From: Burkholderiales bacterium
GTDB lineage: Bacteria > Pseudomonadota > Gammaproteobacteria > Burkholderiales > SG8-39
NCBI GenBank assembly: GCA_035456405.1
Contig: DATIDG010000084.1
Location: 34,321-98,320 of the forward strand
Direction of reading: 5' to 3'
Length of the DNA: 64,000 bases
Positions 18,320-27,518 of the stretch are shown one piece after another (positions within the stretch are counted from its first letter, which is position 1; each line of letters starts with the position of its first letter). Position numbers and translations under genes: made by a program. The notes under the pieces are model-generated. The model searched no databases. It was given only the letters and a program-made list of their open reading frames with translations, and was not told the DNA's origin.

Positions 18320-21300
18320 CTAGTGGAAGTCGCGCGAGCGGGTGAGGAGCGCCCCGAGCAGCTCGCTTTGGTCGACCAGGCGCCGCGCGACGACGTGCAC
18401 GACGTCGCCCTCGCGCTCGATCACGCCGTGCACCGTCAGCAGGCGCGCGCCGAGCAGCTCGCGCCGCTGGCGATCGCCCAGCTCGCGCCACACGATCACG
18501 TTGACGCAGCCCGTCTCGTCCTCCAGCGTCACGAACACCACGCCCGACGCGGTGCCGGGACGCTGCCGGCCGGTGACGATGCCGCAGGCGTGCAGGATCT
18601 GGCCGTGCCGCGCCCCGCGCACCTCGGCAGCGGTCGCGAGCCCCATGCGCCGCAGGCGGTCGCGCAGCAGCGCGAGGGGGTGGCGCCCGAGCGTGAAGCC
18701 CAGGCTCGCGAAGTCGGCGACAAGGTCCTCGCCCTCGGTGGGCGCGGCGAGCGCGGGCGCGGTCTCGCACACGGGCGCCTCCCGCAGGAGGTGCGGCCGC
18801 GTTTCGATCCCGGCGACGTCCCAGTACGCACGGCGCCGGTGAGCGGCGAGTGCGTTGAGCGCGCCGGCGGCGGCGAGGCACTTGAGGTTGCGCTGATCGA
18901 GCCGGGCGCGGCGGGCGAGATCGGCGACGTCCGCGAACGGCGCCTCGGCGCGCGCAGCGACGATGGGGTGCGCGCCCGCCTCCGTGAGGCCCTTGACCAT
19001 CAGCAGCCCTAAGCGCACGGCGGGCGGGTCGCGGCTTTGCAGCGTGCATTCCCATTCGCTCGCGCACACATCGACCGGTCGCACCTCCACCCCGTGCCGC
19101 CGCGCATCCTGTACGAGCTGCGACGGCGCGTAGAAGCCCATCGGCTGGCTGTTGAGCAGCGCGGCGAGGAATGCGGCCGGCTCGTGGCATTTGATCCACG
19201 ACGACACGTAGACGAGCAGCGCGAAGCTCGCCGAGTGCGATTCGGGGAAGCCGTACTCGCCGAAGCCGAGGATCTGGCGATAGATCTGGTCGGCGAACTC
19301 GTCCGAATAGCCGCGTTCCCGCATGCCGTCCTTGAGCCGCTGCTCGAACGGCTCGAGCCCGCCCTTGCGGCGCCACGCCGCCATGGCGCGCCGCAGCCGG
19401 TCGGCCTCGCCGGGCGTGAAGCCGGCGGCGACGACCGCGAGGCTCATCACCTGCTCCTGGAAGATCGGCACCCCGAGCGTTCGCTCGAGCACGCTCCGCA
19501 CCGCCGCGCTCGGATAGGTGACCGGCTCCGCGCCGCTGCGGCGGCGGAGATAGGGATGGACCATGCCGCCCTGGATCGGCCCGGGACGCACGATCGCGAC
19601 CTCGATCACGAGATCGAAGAAGCACGCAGGCCGCAAGCGCGGCAGCATCGACATCTGCGCGCGCGACTCGATCTGGAACACGCCGATCGTGTCGGCGCGC
19701 CGGATCATCTCGTAGACTGCGGGGTCCTCCGGCGGCACGTCGGACATCGTGAACGGCCGGCCGCGCCGGGCGGCGATGAGGTCGAGCGCGCGCCGGATCG
19801 CCGAGAGCATGCCGAGCGCGAGCACGTCGACCTTCAGCAGGCCGAGCGCGTCGAGGTCGTCCTTGTCCCACTCGATCACCGAGCGCTCGGGCATCGCCGC
19901 GTTCTCGATCGGCACGAGGCGCGAGAGGTGGTCGCGCGCGATCACGAACCCGCCGGTGTGCTGCGAGAGGTGGCGCGGGAAGCCGATGAGCGTGCCCGCG
20001 ATCTCGACGAGCTGCGCGACCGGCCGGCTCGCGGGATCGAGCCCGGCCTCGGCGATGCGCTCGGGCAGCGCCCGGCGGCCGTCCCACCACGCGAGCGAGC
20101 CGGCGAGGCGGTCGACCTGCGCAGCATCGAAGCCGAGCGCCTTGCCCACGTCGCGCACCGCGCTCTTCGTGCGGTAGGTGACGACGGTGGCGGCGAGCGC
20201 GGCCCGCTCGCGGCCGTACTTCGCGTAGAGATACTGGATCACCTCCTCGCGCCGCTGGTGCTCGAAGTCGACGTCGATGTCGGGAGGCTCGTTTCGCTCC
20301 TTCGAGATGAAGCGCTCGAACAGCGTCGACATGCGCGCCGGGTCGACCTCGGTGATGCCGAGCGCGTAGCACACCGCCGAGTTCGCCGCGGACCCGCGAC
20401 CCTGGCACAGGATGCCGCGGCTGCGCGCGAAGCGGACGATGTCGTGCACGGTGAGGAAGTAGGGTTCGTACCCCAGGTCCGCGATGAGTCGCAGCTCGTG
20501 CTCGATGAGCTCGCGCACCTGCCGGGGCGTCGGATCCTGCTCCCCCCTTTCCGTTTCCCGGGCTCCAAACCGCCACCTCAGCCCGTCCTCCACCCGCTTG
20601 CGGAGCCACGAGGTGGGCGTCTCGCCGGGGGGCACGACCTCCTCCGGGTACTCATAGCGCAGCTCGTCGAGCGAGAAGGCGCAACGCTCGGCGACGCGCA
20701 GCGTCTCCGCGAGCAGCCCGCGCGGGTAGAGCTGCGCGAGCCGCATCCGCAGCCGCAGATGGCGCTCGCCGTTCGGGTGGAGCGCCCGGCCGCACGCGGC
20801 GACCGGCTTGCCGAGGCGCACCGCGGTGAGGACGTCCTGCAGCCGCCGCCGCGAGCGCACGTGCATGTGCACATCGCCCGCCGCGACGAGCGGCAGCCCC
20901 GATCTGCGCGCGAGTTCGCGCAAGGCATCGAGCTGCGCGCGGTCGTCGGGACCGCAGAGGAACTCGGCCGCGATCCACGCGCGGCCGAGGAAGCGCTCCG
21001 CCGTCCAGCAGGCATGGGCGGGATCGTCCGGCGCGCCGCGTGGCACGAGCAGGGCGAGGCAATCCGCCAGGCCGCCGTCGAGGTCGGCGCAGACAAGGCG
21101 GTAGCTGCCCTTCGTGGCGCTGCGCCGGCCCCGGGTGATCAGCTCGGAGAGGTTGCCGTACCCGGAGCGGTTGCAGGCGAGCAGCACGAGCTTCGGTCCG
21201 CCGGCGAGCTGCACCTCGGATCCGACCAGCAGCCTGAGGCCGGCTTCCTTCGCCGCAATGTGCGCGCGCACGACGCCGGCGAGCGAGCACTCGTCGGTGA

Positions 21301-21418
21301 TCGCAAGCGCCGCATAGCCGAGGGCGTGCGCCCGTTCGGCCAGCTCCTCGGGGTGCGAGGCGCCCCGCAGGAAGCTGAAGTTGGTGAGGCAGTGCAGCTC
21401 GGCGTAAGCAGGCAGCAT
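18320..21418 (-). CDS. dnaE2: Error-prone DNA polymerase DnaE2 (ImuC)
   Basis: [47 protein letters not shown] and the C-terminal SRDFH signature. Confidence 0.97.
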   Translation of the reverse strand: MLPAYAELHCLTNFSFLRGASHPEELAERAHALGYAALAITDECSLAGVVRAHIAAKEAGLRLLVGSEVQLAGGPKLVLLACNRSGYGNLSELITRGRRSATKGSYRLVCADLDGGLADCLALLVPRGAPDDPAHACWTAERFLGRAWIAAEFLCGPDDRAQLDALRELARRSGLPLVAAGDVHMHVRSRRRLQDVLTAVRLGKPVAACGRALHPNGERHLRLRMRLAQLYPRGLLAETLRVAERCAFSLDELRYEYPEEVVPPGETPTSWLRKRVEDGLRWRFGARETERGEQDPTPRQVRELIEHELRLIADLGYEPYFLTVHDIVRFARSRGILCQGRGSAANSAVCYALGITEVDPARMSTLFERFISKERNEPPDIDVDFEHQRREEVIQYLYAKYGRERAALAATVVTYRTKSAVRDVGKALGFDAAQVDRLAGSLAWWDGRRALPERIAEAGLDPASRPVAQLVEIAGTLIGFPRHLSQHTGGFVIARDHLSRLVPIENAAMPERSVIEWDKDDLDALGLLKVDVLALGMLSAIRRALDLIAARRGRPFTMSDVPPEDPAVYEMIRRADTIGVFQIESRAQMSMLPRLRPACFFDLVIEVAIVRPGPIQGGMVHPYLRRRSGAEPVTYPSAAVRSVLERTLGVPIFQEQVMSLAVVAAGFTPGEADRLRRAMAAWRRKGGLEPFEQRLKDGMRERGYSDEFADQIYRQILGFGEYGFPESHSASFALLVYVSSWIKCHEPAAFLAALLNSQPMGFYAPSQLVQDARRHGVEVRPVDVCASEWECTLQSRDPPAVRLGLLMVKGLTEAGAHPIVAARAEAPFADVADLARRARLDQRNLKCLAAAGALNALAAHRRRAYWDVAGIETRPHLLREAPVCETAPALAAPTEGEDLVADFASLGFTLGRHPLALLRDRLRRMGLATAAEVRGARHGQILHACGIVTGRQRPGTASGVVFVTLEDETGCVNVIVWRELGDRQRRELLGARLLTVHGVIEREGDVVHVVARRLVDQSELLGALLTRSRDFH
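20538..20560 (-). repeat. Short degenerate GGGAAAC-type heptamer tract, in frame inside dnaE2
   Basis: The minus strand reads GGGAAAC GGAAAGG GGGGAGC, encoding RETERGEQ. Confidence 0.4.
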
Positions 21419-21453
21419 TTAGGAAGGGCTGAAAGAGCTCGATCGGAGCTTCA

Positions 21454-22893
21454 CTACGCGAACAGTCCGTGGAGAAACCACCCCGTCGCCGCGCCGCGGG
21501 CGCGATACACCCAGACGAGCGCGTGATCGGCGGTCTGCGCGACGAAGTAGTCGCGTGCGACATCGTCACCGTCCCACCAGCCCGATTCGATGCGTTCCGG
21601 TCCGGCGAGCAGCTTCAGCGGGCCGCCGCAGTGCGGCTCCGCGCCGATCTCCTCGAGCGGCCGGGGCGCGGCGAGCAGCCAGAACGGGCGGAGCCCGACT
21701 CTTCCCGTTTCCCGTTTTCCCTTTTCCTGGGCGGGCATCGGCTCGCGCACCTGCGACGCATGCTCCGGACGGTGCGCCTCGGCGACGGCAACGCCGTGCA
21801 CGGCCACGCTGCCCAGCCGCGCGCGCAGGCGTTCGACGAGCTTCGGCCAGTCCTCGGGACTGCCGCTCTCGTCGGCGAAGAGCGCGATGTTCCCGCCCGC
21901 CAGCGGAACGACATCGGTGGCAGCGAGCGCGAGCGCGCGCACCGGCTCGGGCAGCACGACGGTCCCGAGCCGCTCTCGAGCGAGCAGGGTGAAGTGACTC
22001 GCTGCGCGGCTCGGCGCGACAAGGCCGATCGGCACGACGGTCGCAGCTGCCGCGCGATGGAAGAGGCGCAGCTCCAGCCGCCGCACGCCGCCGGCGCGCG
22101 CGGCGAGGAAACCCTCGAGCTGCACGAACAGGCGCCGCGCCGCGAAGAGGAGGCTCTCTGCCTGCGTGACCTCCGCTGGCAGCTCGAGGCGGGCATGGAA
22201 CTCCGCCGGCGGCACGTAGAACGCGCGCGGGTCGGCAAGCCGCCCGTACGCACGGTCCAGGTCGTCGAGGAGCTGCTGGCCGAGGCGGCGCGCGAGCCCG
22301 TCGCGCGGCAGCGCGGCGAGGTCGCCCACCGTCCGGGCGCCGATCGCGTGCAGCGCTTCGAGCGTGTCCGCCGCGCGCACGGCGATGCGGACGGGCAGGG
22401 CGGCGAGCGCGGCCGGGAGGGCATCGGCGCGCCCGATGTATCGCTCCACGCCGGCGCGCGCGAGCCACGCCGCCCCGCGCGCGGTGGGGGCGCACGCGAC
22501 GAGCACGGTGAAGCCCATTCGCGCGCAGCCCTCGCGCAGGGACGCGCGGATGAGGTCGACGCCGCCGAAGAGCTTCAGACTGCCCGAAACCTCGAGCACG
22601 AGCGCATCGGGGAGCTCGAGCGCGACAGCGGGGGTGAACTGCGCGGCCCAGCCGGCGAGACCGAGCAGCGCCTCGGTCTCCCTGGCCGGATCGCGCGGCC
22701 GGACGAGGAGGTCGTGCGCGAGCGCGCGCGCGGCGGAGACGGCGTTGCCCGGTCGCACGCCGCGCGCCAGCGCTTTGCCGTCACAGGCGATGACCCGATG
22801 ATGCTCCGCGACCGCCTGCGGCTCAGGCGTCGCAAGGCTGCGGGTGAGCGCTTCGAACGGGAGATTGGGAAGGTGGAGCGCGATCCACTGCAC
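21454..22893 (-). CDS. imuB: Y-family polymerase-like mutasome scaffold ImuB
   Basis: WIALHLP start, LAGWAAQFTP, LEVSGSLKLFGG, and C-terminal GPERIESGWWDG...RDYF...WFLHGLFA. Confidence 0.95.
   Translation of the reverse strand: MQWIALHLPNLPFEALTRSLATPEPQAVAEHHRVIACDGKALARGVRPGNAVSAARALAHDLLVRPRDPARETEALLGLAGWAAQFTPAVALELPDALVLEVSGSLKLFGGVDLIRASLREGCARMGFTVLVACAPTARGAAWLARAGVERYIGRADALPAALAALPVRIAVRAADTLEALHAIGARTVGDLAALPRDGLARRLGQQLLDDLDRAYGRLADPRAFYVPPAEFHARLELPAEVTQAESLLFAARRLFVQLEGFLAARAGGVRRLELRLFHRAAAATVVPIGLVAPSRAASHFTLLARERLGTVVLPEPVRALALAATDVVPLAGGNIALFADESGSPEDWPKLVERLRARLGSVAVHGVAVAEAHRPEHASQVREPMPAQEKGKRETGRVGLRPFWLLAAPRPLEEIGAEPHCGGPLKLLAGPERIESGWWDGDDVARDYFVAQTADHALVWVYRARGAATGWFLHGLFA
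21700..21727 (-). repeat. Four degenerate tandem heptamers (GGAAAAG GGAAAAC GGGAAAC GGGAAGA), in frame inside imuB
   Basis: Seen directly; encodes EKGKRETGR in a linker. Confidence 0.6.
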
Positions 22894-23557
22894 GGGGAAC
22901 TCGAGGGAGGAGGGCGTCGGTTCGGGAGTCGAGATCGACGATCACCGGGCGCTCGCAGACGGCGCCGCGCCGCTTGAGGATCTGAACTGCCAGAGCGCCG
23001 GCGGCGGTGGCGAGCGCGAGCCGCAGTGCAGCGGGCGACGCTTCGGCGGCGGCGCGCGACGGCCGGAACAGCATGGCGAGCGCTCGCGTCTTCTCGGCGG
23101 CGAGTTGCAGGCGGCGCAACTCGGCGTACTTCACGGCGCCGGGCCAGACGAGCACTGCGCCGCAGGCGGCGGAGGCGAGCGCCTGCTCGGCGGCCCACAG
23201 CGCATCGCGCGCGGCGGCGGTCCTGACGATCAGGAGCCGGGCGAGCGCGATGCCGGCGGCGTCGAGTGCCGGCGCGTAGGGAAGATGGGGCGGCGAGATC
23301 CAGGCGAGCCGCTTGCCTTTGCGCGAGAGGGTCGCAAGCGCCGGGCCGAGAATGCGCAGCTCGCCGATGCCCTCGTGGGCGGGCAGCAATTCGGTGAGGC
23401 AGCCGGTCGGCCAGCCGCCGCCGGGCAGCTCCGCGTCGAGGGCGGCGAAGCCGGTCGGCACGCTCGCGCTCGCCACCCGGGCGAGCGCGTCGCCGCGCCG
23501 GATGTCGGGGCGGGTGAGCAGCGCGGCCAGCGGGACGGTGGGGTCGGCGAGCCCCAT
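22823..23557 (-). CDS. imuA: RecA/SulA-like translesion synthesis-associated protein ImuA
   Basis: PTGFAALDAELPGGGWP, GIGELRIL, PPHLPYAPAL and LRRLQLAAE. Confidence 0.93.
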   Translation of the reverse strand: MGLADPTVPLAALLTRPDIRRGDALARVASASVPTGFAALDAELPGGGWPTGCLTELLPAHEGIGELRILGPALATLSRKGKRLAWISPPHLPYAPALDAAGIALARLLIVRTAAARDALWAAEQALASAACGAVLVWPGAVKYAELRRLQLAAEKTRALAMLFRPSRAAAEASPAALRLALATAAGALAVQILKRRGAVCERPVIVDLDSRTDALLPRVPRAVDRAPPSQSPVRSAHPQPCDA

Positions 23558-23588
23558 CGGGGAATCTGATGCGGATGCGGGTGCGATT

Positions 23589-24188
23589 TCAAAGCGCGCG
23601 GTTGCGAATGACTCCGACCGCGATGCCCTCGATCGCCAGCGGCGTCTCGCGCGTGTCGACCACGATCGGCTTGAACTCCGGGTTCTCGGGCAGGAGCTCG
23701 ACGGTGGCGCCGCGGCGGCGCAGGCGCTTCACCGTCACCTCGTCCTGCAGGCGCGCCACGACGATCTGCCCCGAGCGGGCGTCGACCGTCTTGTGCACGG
23801 CGAGGATGTCGCCATCGAGGATGCCGGCGTCGCGCATGCTCATGCCGCGCACCTTGAGGAGGTAGTCGGCGCGCGGCCGGAAGAGGTTCGGATCGACGGA
23901 GTAGCGGCCGACGACGTGCTCTTCGGCGAGGATCGGCGCGCCGGCGGCGACGCGGCCGACGAGCGGCAACCCGAGCGACTCCCTGAGCCGCAGGCCCCGC
24001 GCGGTGCCGTCGAGGATCTCGATCGCGCCCTTGCGCTCGAGCGCGCGCAGGTGCTCCTCGGCCGCGTTCGGCGAGGCGAAGCCGAGCATGTGCGCGATCT
24101 CCATGCGCGTCGGCGGGAAGCCCGTCTCCTCGATGGTGTCGCGGATGAGCTGGAGGATCTCGGTCTGGCGGGGAGTGAGTTCTTTCAT
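23589..24188 (-). CDS. lexA: SOS repressor LexA
   Basis: LTPRQTEIL...[10 protein letters not shown]...[12 protein letters not shown], cleavage site VAAG, catalytic GMSM and VTVKR. Confidence 0.97.
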   Translation of the reverse strand: MKELTPRQTEILQLIRDTIEETGFPPTRMEIAHMLGFASPNAAEEHLRALERKGAIEILDGTARGLRLRESLGLPLVGRVAAGAPILAEEHVVGRYSVDPNLFRPRADYLLKVRGMSMRDAGILDGDILAVHKTVDARSGQIVVARLQDEVTVKRLRRRGATVELLPENPEFKPIVVDTRETPLAIEGIAVGVIRNRAL

Positions 24189-24197
24189 GTCCGGCTC

Positions 24198-24617
24198 CTA
24201 GGCGCGGGGGGCGTACTGGGCGGGGATCGACTCCCGCGCCTGCACGCCGCCGGCGATCGCCCGGACGCCGGCCGGCATCGGCACCCGGCCGAACCGCGCG
24301 AGCCGTGCCTCGATGGCGAGCCGGCTGCGGCTGTGCGCCCTGGCGAGATCGTCGACCGACTGGCCCCGGTCGAAGGCGTCGAGCAGGCGCTCGTCCTCGT
24401 CCTTCGACCACGGCTTGCCCGAATTGCCACCGGCAGGGCGGGCGGCCTGCCGCTTCTGCGCGGCGACGGCGCTCTCCATCGCCCGCACCGCCTGGAAGAG
24501 CGCGCGCACGACATCCGGGTGCTGGTACGGGCTGTCGGCGGAGAACGATTTGCCGGTGAACGGATCGGTGCCGTTCGACAGGCTCTGCAGGATACCGAGT
24601 GCTTTCTCTTGATCCAT
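24198..24617 (-). CDS. Hypothetical protein with a C-terminal Myb/SANT-like helix-turn-helix; first gene of the lexA operon
   Basis: MDQEKALGILQSLSNGTDPFTG...GKPWSKDEDERLLDAFDRGQSVDDLARAHSRSRLAIEARL; GAGGAG RBS; ends 9 bp before the lexA start. Confidence 0.75.
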   Translation of the reverse strand: MDQEKALGILQSLSNGTDPFTGKSFSADSPYQHPDVVRALFQAVRAMESAVAAQKRQAARPAGGNSGKPWSKDEDERLLDAFDRGQSVDDLARAHSRSRLAIEARLARFGRVPMPAGVRAIAGGVQARESIPAQYAPRA

Positions 24618-24711
24618 GGTCGTCTCCTCGAAGGCAGCGCGGATTGAGCGGCGGCTTGCCGTCCGCTCCAATCCGCGGGATAAACAACGCCCACTCGTGC
24701 GGGGGCGTTTA

Positions 24712-24727
24712 CTGCATTTATATACAG
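24712..24727. promoter_or_regulatory. LexA (SOS) box
   Basis: CTGTATATAAATGCAG on the minus strand matches the CTG-N10-CAG consensus with an AT-rich core. Confidence 0.9.
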
Positions 24728-24745
24728 GCCTGAACAAAAATGCAA
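24717..24745 (-). promoter_or_regulatory. Sigma70 promoter of the orfX-lexA-imuABC operon
   Basis: Minus strand TTGCAT-17 bp-TATAAA; the SOS box overlaps the -10. Confidence 0.75.
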
Positions 24746-24866
24746 GGCCTAGGCCAGGTCAGGGCGGAAGCTTTTGTTTTTCAAGGAATCGGCTACGATA
24801 GTTGATTCCCAGGTGCGGGCCCCCGGGTATAATCCGCCCCGTCTTCGCATCCGCATTCACACGGGC

Positions 24867-25076
24867 ATGTTCGGCAAGAAGATCAAGGCGGGCTACGAGT
24901 CAGACGCGACGCGCCTCATCCGCGACCTGCTGCGGGAGAAGCCGCAGCTCCTCGACGAACAGGCGAGGGGCCGCTCCTTGTGGTGGGACCGGAAGCTGGA
25001 TCTCGACCAGCAGCGGCGGGTGCAAGAGTCGCGCGTGCCGCAGAAGGGCTACGTCTATCAAAGCGAAGGCGACTGA
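24867..25076 (+). CDS. DUF3460-family small protein
   Basis: YESDAT..I..L....P.L..EQ..GRSLWWDR...RVPQKGYVYQ pattern; TATAAT at about 24828. Confidence 0.78.
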   Translation: MFGKKIKAGYESDATRLIRDLLREKPQLLDEQARGRSLWWDRKLDLDQQRRVQESRVPQKGYVYQSEGD

Positions 25077-25818
25077 CTGGCGGCGCGGCGCCGCGGCGCT
25101 CGCCCTGGTGGCGGCGCTCGCAGGCTGCATGTCTCCCGCCGCCAGCCTGATTCTGAGCCTCATTCCCGAGGGGACGTTCACGACCCTGCTCAACAACATG
25201 AAGGGCGTGGACGAGCCGAATCGCAAGCGGCTCGCGGAGCTCGAGCAGAAGGGCGACTGGAACGGCATCGCGCAGTTCGCGCAGGAAAACATCGCCGTCG
25301 ACCCGACCAACCCCGACTGGCGCGTGGTCGCCGGCTACGCCTACTCGCAGCTCGGGCAGTACGAGCGCGCGGCCGACCAGTTCCAGCACGCTGTGCGCGC
25401 GAGCCCGGATGACATCACTGCCTGGAATCTGCTCGCGCAGTCCTATCGCTCGATGGGCCAGCCCGAGCGCGCGATCCGCACCCTGGACAACGCGCTGCGC
25501 ATCAACCAGGACTCGCCGGTGACCTACTATCTGCTCGGCGCGAGCTTCAACGACCTGAAGCGGCCCGACCGCGCGGTCGCCTTCTACGAGCAGGCGATCC
25601 AGCGCAACCCGCGGTTCGCCGAGGCGTTGTATGACGCGGGTCTCGCTTACGCCCAGCTCGGCCGGCGGAGCGAGCTCGAGTACACCGTGCAGCGGCTGCG
25701 CCCGGTCAACCCGGCCCTCGCCGACCGGCTGGCGAAAGTGCAGGTGGCGCCGCCGCCCGCGCCGGCAACGGCGGGCGGGGTGCCGGAACTGCCCACCGAG
25801 CGGCGCAGGCCCAAGTAA
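25051..25818 (+). CDS. TPR-repeat protein, probable lipoprotein (start uncertain)
   Basis: Multiple TPRs (AWNLLAQSY, YYLLGASF, ALYDAGLAY). A signal-like WRRGAAALALVAALAGC lipobox lies upstream of the first ATG (25129). Confidence 0.7.
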   Translation, partial: TSIKAKATDWRRGAAALALVAALAGCMSPAASLILSLIPEGTFTTLLNNMKGVDEPNRKRLAELEQKGDWNGIAQFAQENIAVDPTNPDWRVVAGYAYSQLGQYERAADQFQHAVRASPDDITAWNLLAQSYRSMGQPERAIRTLDNALRINQDSPVTYYLLGASFNDLKRPDRAVAFYEQAIQRNPRFAEALYDAGLAYAQLGRRSELEYTVQRLRPVNPALADRLAKVQVAPPPAPATAGGVPELPTERRRPK

Positions 25819-26571
25819 TCACACCGTCAAGCCGTCGTCTGCGGCGATCACCGCGCCGTTGACGAACCCGGAGTGCTCCGACGCGAGGAGCAACAACAAT
25901 CCGTCGAGATCCTCGGGCTTGCCGACGCGGCGCCGCGGCAGCATGCCGATCAGCTTCTTCCCGCCTTCGGTCTCCCAGTAGTCGCGGTTGATCTCGGTCT
26001 CGATGTAGCCGGGGCAGAGTGCGTTCACGTTGATCCCGTAGCGGCCCCACTCGAGGGCGAGCGCGCGCGTCATGTGGATCACCGCCGCCTTCGACATGCA
26101 GTACACCGATAGCTGGCCTAGCACGCGCAGGCCTGCCGCTGACGCGATGTTGATGATGCGCCCCGGCCGTCTGGCGGCGATCATCGCGCGCCCGGCGGCC
26201 TGCGCGACGAAAAACGCGCCCTTGGCGTTCGTGTCCATTACGAAGTCGTAGTCGGTCTCCTCTACGTCGCCGGCCGGCTTGGTGACGCTCACCCCCGCGT
26301 TGTTCACGAGGATGTCGAGCGGGCCGAGCGCCGCCTCGGCGGCCGCGACCCCGGCGCGCACCGAGGCGACGTCGGTGACGTCGATCGCGAGCGGGTGCGC
26401 CCGGCCGCCGGCGCGCTCGATTTCGCCGGCGAGGGCCTCGAGCCGGTCGGTGCGCCGTGCAGCGAGCGCGACGTGCGCGCCGGCCTCCGCAAGGGCGCTC
26501 GCGAAGCGCCAGCCGAGCCCGGACGATGCGCCGGTGACAAGCGCGTTCTTGCCGTCGAGTCGCAGCTCCAT
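25819..26571 (-). CDS. Short-chain dehydrogenase/reductase
   Basis: TGASSGLG, NNAG, YCMSK and VNALCPG. Confidence 0.9.
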   Translation of the reverse strand: MELRLDGKNALVTGASSGLGWRFASALAEAGAHVALAARRTDRLEALAGEIERAGGRAHPLAIDVTDVASVRAGVAAAEAALGPLDILVNNAGVSVTKPAGDVEETDYDFVMDTNAKGAFFVAQAAGRAMIAARRPGRIINIASAAGLRVLGQLSVYCMSKAAVIHMTRALALEWGRYGINVNALCPGYIETEINRDYWETEGGKKLIGMLPRRRVGKPEDLDGLLLLLASEHSGFVNGAVIAADDGLTV

Positions 26572-26624
26572 GGGTGCCTCCAGAGTGGCAGGTGTTGCGA
26601 TTATGGCGCGCGCAGGCTACACGC

Positions 26625-26813
26625 AACCGCTTTGCCGACGCGATCGCGGCGCGCCCGCCGCACCTGCTGCGAGGGTTCAAGTCGCTCGCCCTCGCCGGGC
26701 GGCCGGCTCCGATCGAGGCGATGCAGCGCGCCGTCGAGCAGCAGTTCGTGCGCACGTGGACGCACGCCGCGCACTGGGCGGCCGCCGAGGCCCCGGCGAC
26801 GCGGCAGGGGTGA
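26625..26813 (+). pseudogene. Possible C-terminal remnant of an enoyl-CoA hydratase/isomerase-family gene
   Basis: The frame reads FADAIAARPPHLLRGFKSLA...EQQFVRTWTHAAHWAAAE*, resembling crotonase C-terminal helices; no N-terminal part or good start. Confidence 0.3.
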
Positions 26814-26820
26814 GAGATTT

Positions 26821-27456
26821 CTAGACGGCGCGCCGCGTCTGCTTGTCGTTGCGGCAATCGACGAGGTGCCACATCCCGAGCGGCTTCACCCGCTTGTCGC
26901 GAATGACCGTCAGCGGCAGGTCGTCGAGCACCTGGTCGACCGAGAGATCGGTGCGGAAGCCGAGATGGACGCAGATCGGCGACACCGCCCGCTCGCACAC
27001 CGCGAGCGCCGGCGAGCCGTTCACGAAATGGTTGAGCAGGAGGATGCGCCCGCCGGGGCGCACGACCCGCACCATCTCGTTCATCACCGCGCGGTGGTCC
27101 GGCACCGCGGTCACCACGTATGCCGCGACCGCCGTGTCGAAGCTGTCGTCGGCGAAGTTCATCGCGCCAGCGTCCATGCGTTCGAGAGTCACGCCCGGCA
27201 GGTCGAGCTCCTCGACGCGCTCCCGCGCCTTGGCGAGCATGCCCTCGGAGAGATCGATGCCGCTGACGCTGCAGCGCCCGGCGTAGAGCGGCAGCAGCAG
27301 ACCGGTGCCGACACCCACCTCGAGGACTCTCTGGCCCGGCCGCGCGTCGATCGCCGCTGCGAGCACGACGCGCGAATCCTGGAAGACCTTCCCGAACACG
27401 CGGTCGTAGACCCGCGAGTAGGCGGAATACACGCGCTCAATTCGGACGGCGTCCAA
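26821..27456 (-). CDS. pmtA: Class I SAM-dependent methyltransferase, phosphatidylethanolamine N-methyltransferase-like
   Basis: TTG start with a GGGAGGA RBS; Y...SRVYDRVFG, VLEVGVGTG, YVVTAVPD and LLNHF. Confidence 0.75.
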   Translation of the reverse strand: MDAVRIERVYSAYSRVYDRVFGKVFQDSRVVLAAAIDARPGQRVLEVGVGTGLLLPLYAGRCSVSGIDLSEGMLAKARERVEELDLPGVTLERMDAGAMNFADDSFDTAVAAYVVTAVPDHRAVMNEMVRVVRPGGRILLLNHFVNGSPALAVCERAVSPICVHLGFRTDLSVDQVLDDLPLTVIRDKRVKPLGMWHLVDCRNDKQTRRAV

Positions 27457-27518
27457 CGTCTCCTCCCTTGTCTTGTTGCGAACGAGGCCGGTATTGTTGA
27501 AGGGTCGGCGGATTTTGT

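Noticed and set aside
18320..24188. Prophage or mobile element carrying a repressor and polymerase
   Set aside because: There is no integrase, att site, structural gene or composition shift; this is a chromosomal lexA-imuABC cassette.
24730..24745. Second LexA box (CTGAACAAAAATGCAA)
   Set aside because: The right half-site is CAA, not CAG. It coincides with the -35, so it is at most a weak site.
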